Assembly: GCA_032718475.1 (NCBI GenBank)
Contig: JAUCBJ010007778.1
Location: 1-64,000 of the forward strand
Source of the DNA: Nemertoderma westbladi
Lineage: Eukaryota; Animalia; Xenacoelomorpha
Direction of reading: 5' to 3'
Length of the DNA: 64,000 nt
Each line of letters opens with the position of its first letter. Position 1 is the first letter of the stretch. A program made the position numbers and the translations under genes. This document shows positions 58,600-64,000 of the stretch, in pieces. The notes below the pieces were generated by a model. It ran no database searches. It saw only the letters and a program-made list of their open reading frames with translations, and was not told the origin of the DNA.

Positions 58600-61500
58600 T
58601 TATACTAAATAGAGTGCCGCTCCGTACGCCTCCAACGACGCATCGGAGAACATGTGTAGGTCCAGATTCGTCATGTTCCCATCCGGGAAATACACTCGTG
58701 GCATGTTGTATGTTCCCATCTTCTCCAAGTCTCCTGTCCACTTACTCCACTGTTTCTTGATTTCCTTTGGTACCTCTACGTCCCATTCATCTTTCAATTT
58801 GTATACTCTCTTAAGTATCTGTTTTCCCGTGACTAATAATGGGGATGCTAGGCCTAGGGGATCGTATATCCTTGCTATATACGATACATAACCCCTCTTC
58901 GTGTGGATGTCTGCGCCCTCCTGGCTCAGGTGATACTTCAGTTCGTCTGTCTCTCTGTTCCACACGATTCCCAATGCCTTCTGTTGAGATTCTGTTATCT
59001 TAATCGCCATGTCCTGCCCTTTGGCTGTTGTGGGATTATCAATGGTCGATTCTGGTCTCTTGTCCTCTATCGCCTTAATAAATTCTTCCGAACTGGATTG
59101 GAATTTGGTCAGGTTAAAGCCGGATCCTTTTAGGATGTCGCGAACCTCGCACCCTGTGTCCAGTATCTCCTTAACCGTATTTCCAGACTCCATCCCGTCG
59201 TCTACGTAGAAGCCGTGTCGAATCATATCGACAGCCCTAGCGCTGTATCTATCTTCCTTCCCCTTCACTGTGTCTCTGACTGCCATAGTCGTCGTAAATG
59301 AAGACGACTTGGCCCCCATGTTTTGTACTACCATCTTATATGCCGGTATTATCGACGGTTCTTCCTCGCCGTTATACCATAAGAAGCGTTGACTGTCGCT
59401 ATCTTCCTCCGTTACACGGACTTGGTTGGACATGCCTTCTATGTCACACGTGAAGGCGTGTTTCCCATTCCTAAATCTAAGTAGGACCTCTATGCCCGAG
59501 TTGTATATGTTTGGGCCTTCTAACAGGTAGTCGTTTAAGCATTTTCCGTTGGTCTTTGCCGATGCGTCAACTACCATCCGCAGTTTACCTTTCTTTGGGT
59601 CTAAAGCCACGTGGAGTGGCAGGTAATATGTCCTGTCCGTGTTCGGTTCGTCGACCGGTAACTCCACGGCCCATCCTTTCTCGACGTACTTCTTAATCGT
59701 TCTGTGGATGTACTCATTCTTCTCGGGGCTCCGTTTTAGTGTTTGTTTCAGCTTGCGGAGTCTCGTGAGTACCATCCCTCTATTGTCGGGCAGCGGTATC
59801 TTCGGTAGTTTCCATACCATTCCTATAGTATACCGCCCCTCATCGCATGTCATCGATTCCTCCACGCTTTGTAAAGCCTGCTTGTCTTCTACCGAGGTCC
59901 CGACCCTGGTTTCTTTCAGTCCCTCGAAATCTTGTCTGAGCAGTCTTTTAAGCTGCTCCTCTGCTCCCTTATCACCCATTTCCTGCATTGTTCCCGCGAA
60001 CATGCATCCTGATGTCTCCGACATCCTAAATGGTATCTTACTCTTGATTGGACCACTCAGCGTCCACCCGAATGGTGTTAATATCGCCACCGGGTCACAC
60101 TGCTTGTCTTCGCCGAAGACCGTTTGCATTCTTTCGTGGGCCGTTGGGCAATCCATTCCTACTATGATGGATACCTTCCTAACGTCCACGTCTGGGATTG
60201 AGAAGTCTGTCGTCAGGAATTTATATTGCTCGACCTCGATGTTGGTTGGCCGCCTGGCATTGATATTAATTGACTCTACCACTTGGATGGGGTCGATGGT
60301 TGCCCCATAGTCGCATCCCGGTGCCACTGCTGCAATTGCGCACCGTCCTGTTCTCATCTCCAGGATCTCATCTTTGCTAGAGATGGTTGTCACCGCCATT
60401 CTGCTTGGCCTCGTTCTCAATCCTATCTCTTCGGCCACCCATTCCTCGACTAATGTGAAGGCAGCTCCACTATCAACCAGCATTAGTGTTGTTACTGATC
60501 GATTGCCTTCCCCAATCACTCGCACGGGTACTACTCCAAGTAACACCGTTCCTCTCTTCTTCGCCCCTACTGTGCTCGTCGCCATCGTCTGGCCTCTCCT
60601 CTGACCAAACTTTACCGGCTTCTCCTCGCACTCCCTTGCTCTATGTCCACTCATTACACATCGCGAGCATATTTTATTGCTCAACGCATAATCTATCTGA
60701 TCTTGCCTAGGTAGCGCCTGCCAGTACCTGCAGTTCATGGTCTGATGAAGCGCATTTGCGTGTAGCTGGCATTTGCTCTTTGGGTCGTAGCCCTCTTTAT
60801 ACAGTGCATTGCGTATCGCAGCTGCGTTTGTACCAAAGTCCCTACTATTCTTATTGTTTGGATTCGGCCTACTGGACGTACTGGGGTTATATTTATTCGT
60901 GTTGTTATTGTTCCCCTGTCCGTTCCATGGTGTTGTCCTATCTTCGGCTAGCTGTGGACTTGCAGTCCCCTGCGTCGCTGCATATGGCAGTGATTGCCTG
61001 AGCCTCGGTAATGCGTTTGATGTATTGTGCTCTGGTTTCGGTCTATGGTAATCCGTCTTCGGTCCCTTTCCCAGGCTATCTTCGCTATAGACTGGGTCAG
61101 TTATTAGTTCAGCCTCGTAGTTTAAGAAGTTTGACATTTCTTCTAAACCCGGTTCCGCACCCTTCTTGTCTCGAGTGGAGAAAGCAATTTTCCTCCATTT
61201 GTTGCGCAGCCAGTTTGGTAGTGCCTGCACTATTGTGGTGATGTTGTTGGACGCGTTGAGCTCGTATGGCGCGTCTAGCGTCTTCAGCACGATTAGCGCC
61301 TTTTCGACTTTGTTAGCGAACGTCTTAATGCTAACGGGATTATCCTGTAGGCCACCCGATGTTATGCCTCTCAGCGTCTGCCTGATGATCTTGGCCGGGT
61401 GCCCGTATTCCCTATCCGGTGCCCGCCATGCTGTCGTGAAGCCGCCCTCTATTCCTTGATATTGCCTCACGATATCGTATGCTGGGCCTCCCGTGTATAC

Positions 61501-61959
61501 TTGCAGATACTTTAGGCACTCCGCCTGCATCAAGTTTTTTGTTAGTATTTCGTTACTATACATGCGCCGAAACTGTAGATATTCTTCCGGCCTACTCCCA
61601 TCGAATTTGAATGGTTCCACGGGTGGTAACTCGATCCTCGTTTTTAACGCATCGATCAACGTGGCCATCCCCATCGCCTGCGCTTCCAATGGATTCGATG
61701 GATGCTGTATGGTTTCTCCTGTCTGGTGCGGTCCGTCCGTCCTATTTCTTGACTTTCTTTGACTTGGGTATGTCATCAGGGGTAGCGGCCCCCTCCATAT
61801 TTCTGTGTCACACGACCTATTTTCATCCAAGGGTCTCGTTGTTCTTGCTCCTATCGGGGTATATTGTTGATATTGTGATGGGGGAATGTCACCCTGTCCC
61901 CCCCCCCCACCGGTATGTTTGGTATTGGGGTTGATGTTAATATATTGGGGCCCATACAC
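58600..61959 (-). CDS. BEL gag-pol central ORF (DUF1759-like gag, zinc knuckles, aspartic protease, RT, start of RNase H), ending at a premature stop
   Basis: FKFDGSRPEEYLQF, CSRCVMSGHRAREC, LVDSGAAFTLV, YYLPLH, LRMVVDAS, FYVDDG, YDPLG, LHMFSDAS. Confidence 0.88.
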   Translation of the reverse strand: MYGPQYININPNTKHTGGGGGQGDIPPSQYQQYTPIGARTTRPLDENRSCDTEIWRGPLPLMTYPSQRKSRNRTDGPHQTGETIQHPSNPLEAQAMGMATLIDALKTRIELPPVEPFKFDGSRPEEYLQFRRMYSNEILTKNLMQAECLKYLQVYTGGPAYDIVRQYQGIEGGFTTAWRAPDREYGHPAKIIRQTLRGITSGGLQDNPVSIKTFANKVEKALIVLKTLDAPYELNASNNITTIVQALPNWLRNKWRKIAFSTRDKKGAEPGLEEMSNFLNYEAELITDPVYSEDSLGKGPKTDYHRPKPEHNTSNALPRLRQSLPYAATQGTASPQLAEDRTTPWNGQGNNNNTNKYNPSTSSRPNPNNKNSRDFGTNAAAIRNALYKEGYDPKSKCQLHANALHQTMNCRYWQALPRQDQIDYALSNKICSRCVMSGHRARECEEKPVKFGQRRGQTMATSTVGAKKRGTVLLGVVPVRVIGEGNRSVTTLMLVDSGAAFTLVEEWVAEEIGLRTRPSRMAVTTISSKDEILEMRTGRCAIAAVAPGCDYGATIDPIQVVESININARRPTNIEVEQYKFLTTDFSIPDVDVRKVSIIVGMDCPTAHERMQTVFGEDKQCDPVAILTPFGWTLSGPIKSKIPFRMSETSGCMFAGTMQEMGDKGAEEQLKRLLRQDFEGLKETRVGTSVEDKQALQSVEESMTCDEGRYTIGMVWKLPKIPLPDNRGMVLTRLRKLKQTLKRSPEKNEYIHRTIKKYVEKGWAVELPVDEPNTDRTYYLPLHVALDPKKGKLRMVVDASAKTNGKCLNDYLLEGPNIYNSGIEVLLRFRNGKHAFTCDIEGMSNQVRVTEEDSDSQRFLWYNGEEEPSIIPAYKMVVQNMGAKSSSFTTTMAVRDTVKGKEDRYSARAVDMIRHGFYVDDGMESGNTVKEILDTGCEVRDILKGSGFNLTKFQSSSEEFIKAIEDKRPESTIDNPTTAKGQDMAIKITESQQKALGIVWNRETDELKYHLSQEGADIHTKRGYVSYIARIYDPLGLASPLLVTGKQILKRVYKLKDEWDVEVPKEIKKQWSKWTGDLEKMGTYNMPRVYFPDGNMTNLDLHMFSDASLEAYGAALYLV

Positions 61960-63991
61960 CTATCCGCAATAATTCCCCCTCCCCTGGGTATATGTTATGT
62001 CCCTGCATGCTGTAGTCATACTGCTGAACTGGTACCGGTATAGGCCTATCAGCTTCTGGCCTACTCGCCGGTACGTATTCCGCGACTTCCGGGTTTAATC
62101 CCGTTGTCCGCGCTATCCTATCGCCTATATTGCCTCTCTCAGTATGGCCTATGGTATGTGCAGTAAGGCCTACCGTATGTCCTACAGTCTGCATGTGTCG
62201 CTCGGGATCGAAGTTTATTCTTCTCGAATAATCCTCCCCGCGGCTACCGTATTCTCGATCGGTAAGTGTATTCCGTCGGAAAGTTTCTCTTCGACCCCCC
62301 CCCCCCCCCCCCCTCTACTGTTCTCGTTTTCGTACCGGTACATCGCGTACCCCTCCATCGGCGCGTAATGCACCTCACCAGGTCGCATCTCTCCGGGGCG
62401 ACGGCAATCTCCCGGAGTCCGACCCCACTGACTCTCTGTTCTCATCTCGACTACCGACGGCTCGCTATCCGTCCTCGTTCTTCTATCGTTCGCGGCGATA
62501 CTCCTACTATTGTCTTCTCTTCTTCTCCTTTCAGTGGGGTGTTCCCGCTCGTGAGATCTCTCGTCGACCTCCCGGTTAAACCCCACTGTTCTTCTTCCCT
62601 CTTCTGATCGGGCTCGACGCTTCGTCCGCCCTCTTACGACGTCGACCTGTCTCTCTCTGCTCGGTCGCACGCCGCCGGGGATACTCGCAATACCCCTATT
62701 GCTCTCCATCGCCGGGTGTTGCGGTTTACCTATTTTGGCCCGCGCATTATCCGCTGACGGCTGTGGGACACTCTCTGCCCTCTTTCGCCGCTAACTCGCT
62801 GTTGTGGGGCCCCTATACCCCCCCCCCCCCTCCCCCCCCCCCACTCGCCACATCTAACTTCGTTATCCCTCACCCCGCTACTATATCCCTCTCTAGTCGA
62901 CACATCAACCCTGCCGCGGTCGGGTCTATTCACCCCCGCCTCTCCCTCTGCTATCACGTGGCCTACCAGGCCCTCTACTCCCTGCCTACCAACTACGTGG
63001 CCTACCAGGCCCTCGCTGGGTCTACCCGACCCAGCCACTCCCTGCCTATCAATTACGTGGCCTACCAGGCCCTCACTGGGTCTACCCAACCCAGTCACTC
63101 CCTGCCTACCAACTATACGGCCTACCAGGCCTCCGTCTGCCTGGCCATATACGCCCGACGTGTTTACGTTAATAGCACCCATATCGGAAACGGAATTAAT
63201 TTGTTCGTTTGAAACAAAATCATTTGAATTATTTTGTAAATTCGGGCTTGGATCATTATTTAAATTATTTGAAATATTTTGTAAATTCGGGCTTGGATCA
63301 TTATTTAAATTATTTGAATTATTATTATTTTCTAAATTTAAATTATTATTCGGATTATTTTGCACGTTCAAATTGAATTATTATTTGTATTTAAATTTAA
63401 ATTACTGCTACTAGGTAAAGTATTATTTGCTGCAATAAAGGTTTGGTTAGAGTTATCCCATACGGTACTATTAATATTAACAACGTCTACTGTAGCATTA
63501 TCATTATTACCTCCCCCGCCCATACGGTCACACCAGTTTTGGGTCTGTCGTGCGGTCCCTGTAAGTGGGGTATTAATAAATGTATCCAAGGCCCCTGGCT
63601 CCCCTAAAATACTCGAGCCAGTCCCGCTCTCAGACGCCCCCGCCCGCACCAGTTGCAGCTCGTGCGTGCGTCTAATCCTATGTTCCGCAAGCTCACTTTG
63701 GCATCTCTCTAATTCCTTTTGCTCTCGCTCAGCTTCTGCCATTCTCCTCTCACACTCCCGCGCGTCCTGGTCAGCCAACTCTGCTACTCTCCTAGCGCTC
63801 TCCCTTCGCCTCGCTTCACACTCCTTGCGTTCACTTTCCCATCTCGCCTCACGCTCCTTACATTCCGCTTCACGCTCTTTGCGTTCCTTTTCCTCTCTCG
63901 CCTCACGTTCCTTACGTTCCTTTTCCTCTCTCACCTCACGTTCCCTACACTCCTTTTCCTCTATTTCCTCACACTCCCTAAGGCTTCTCAA
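61937..63991 (-). pseudogene. Long low-complexity N-terminal gag extension in frameshifted pieces (E/R/K coiled coil, Asn-rich, 60-bp and 48-bp coding repeats)
   Basis: Closely spaced same-strand ORFs 63368-63991, 62730-63371, 62215-62709 and 61937-62194 lead into the gag-pol ORF. Confidence 0.6.
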
Positions 63992-64000
63992 AGCCCTTTC

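Larger units (their letters stand above)
53318..64000 (-). mobile_element. BEL/Pao LTR retrotransposon, defective; 5' end lies beyond the window
   Basis: gag-PR-RT-RH-IN order with BEL-type motifs (ENPADLLSRG, SDNGTNFVGA, WRRWVEEYLPTL); PPT and 3' LTR ending ...TGTCACA. Confidence 0.92.

Noticed and set aside
56701-63414. Many plus-strand ORFs over the BEL element, and minus-strand ORFs over 46100-47830
   Set aside because: Antisense shadows of GC-rich coding frames with no recognisable motifs

Overview
AT-rich, repeat-dense invertebrate animal genomic DNA with spliceosomal introns. There is no evidence of prokaryotic genes, CRISPR, rRNA or true tRNA. Three host genes: ATG3 (+, 3 coding exons, 315 aa), a FAM174-family membrane protein (-, 2 exons, 163 aa, convergent with ATG3) and an intronless membrane-bound UDP-glycosyltransferase (+, 548 aa) with a non-canonical catalytic site. 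The dominant feature is ATG3 intron 1 (17.06 kb). About 16.0 kb of it (2674-18672) is a head-to-tail array of 7 non-autonomous Helitron units (5'-TC, 3' hairpin-CTAG, A|T target). Each unit carries a variable-length internal 146-bp satellite whose monomers have a co-oriented CTCF-consensus-like motif (CCGCTAGAGGGCG and variants), roughly 70 monomers by eye. The rest is nested TE debris: foldback/MITE elements, three DINE-1/Helentron-like elements, a Gypsy remnant, CR1/L2-, RTE- and RLE-type LINE pieces, a tRNA-derived SINE and a pogo transposase fragment. A large BEL/Pao retrotransposon (-, 53318 to window end) has an extra ORF between pol and the 3' LTR; a second relative (46225-48480) shows this ORF encodes a triple CCHC zinc-knuckle protein. 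Family assignments come from motif recognition by eye; no database searches were run.
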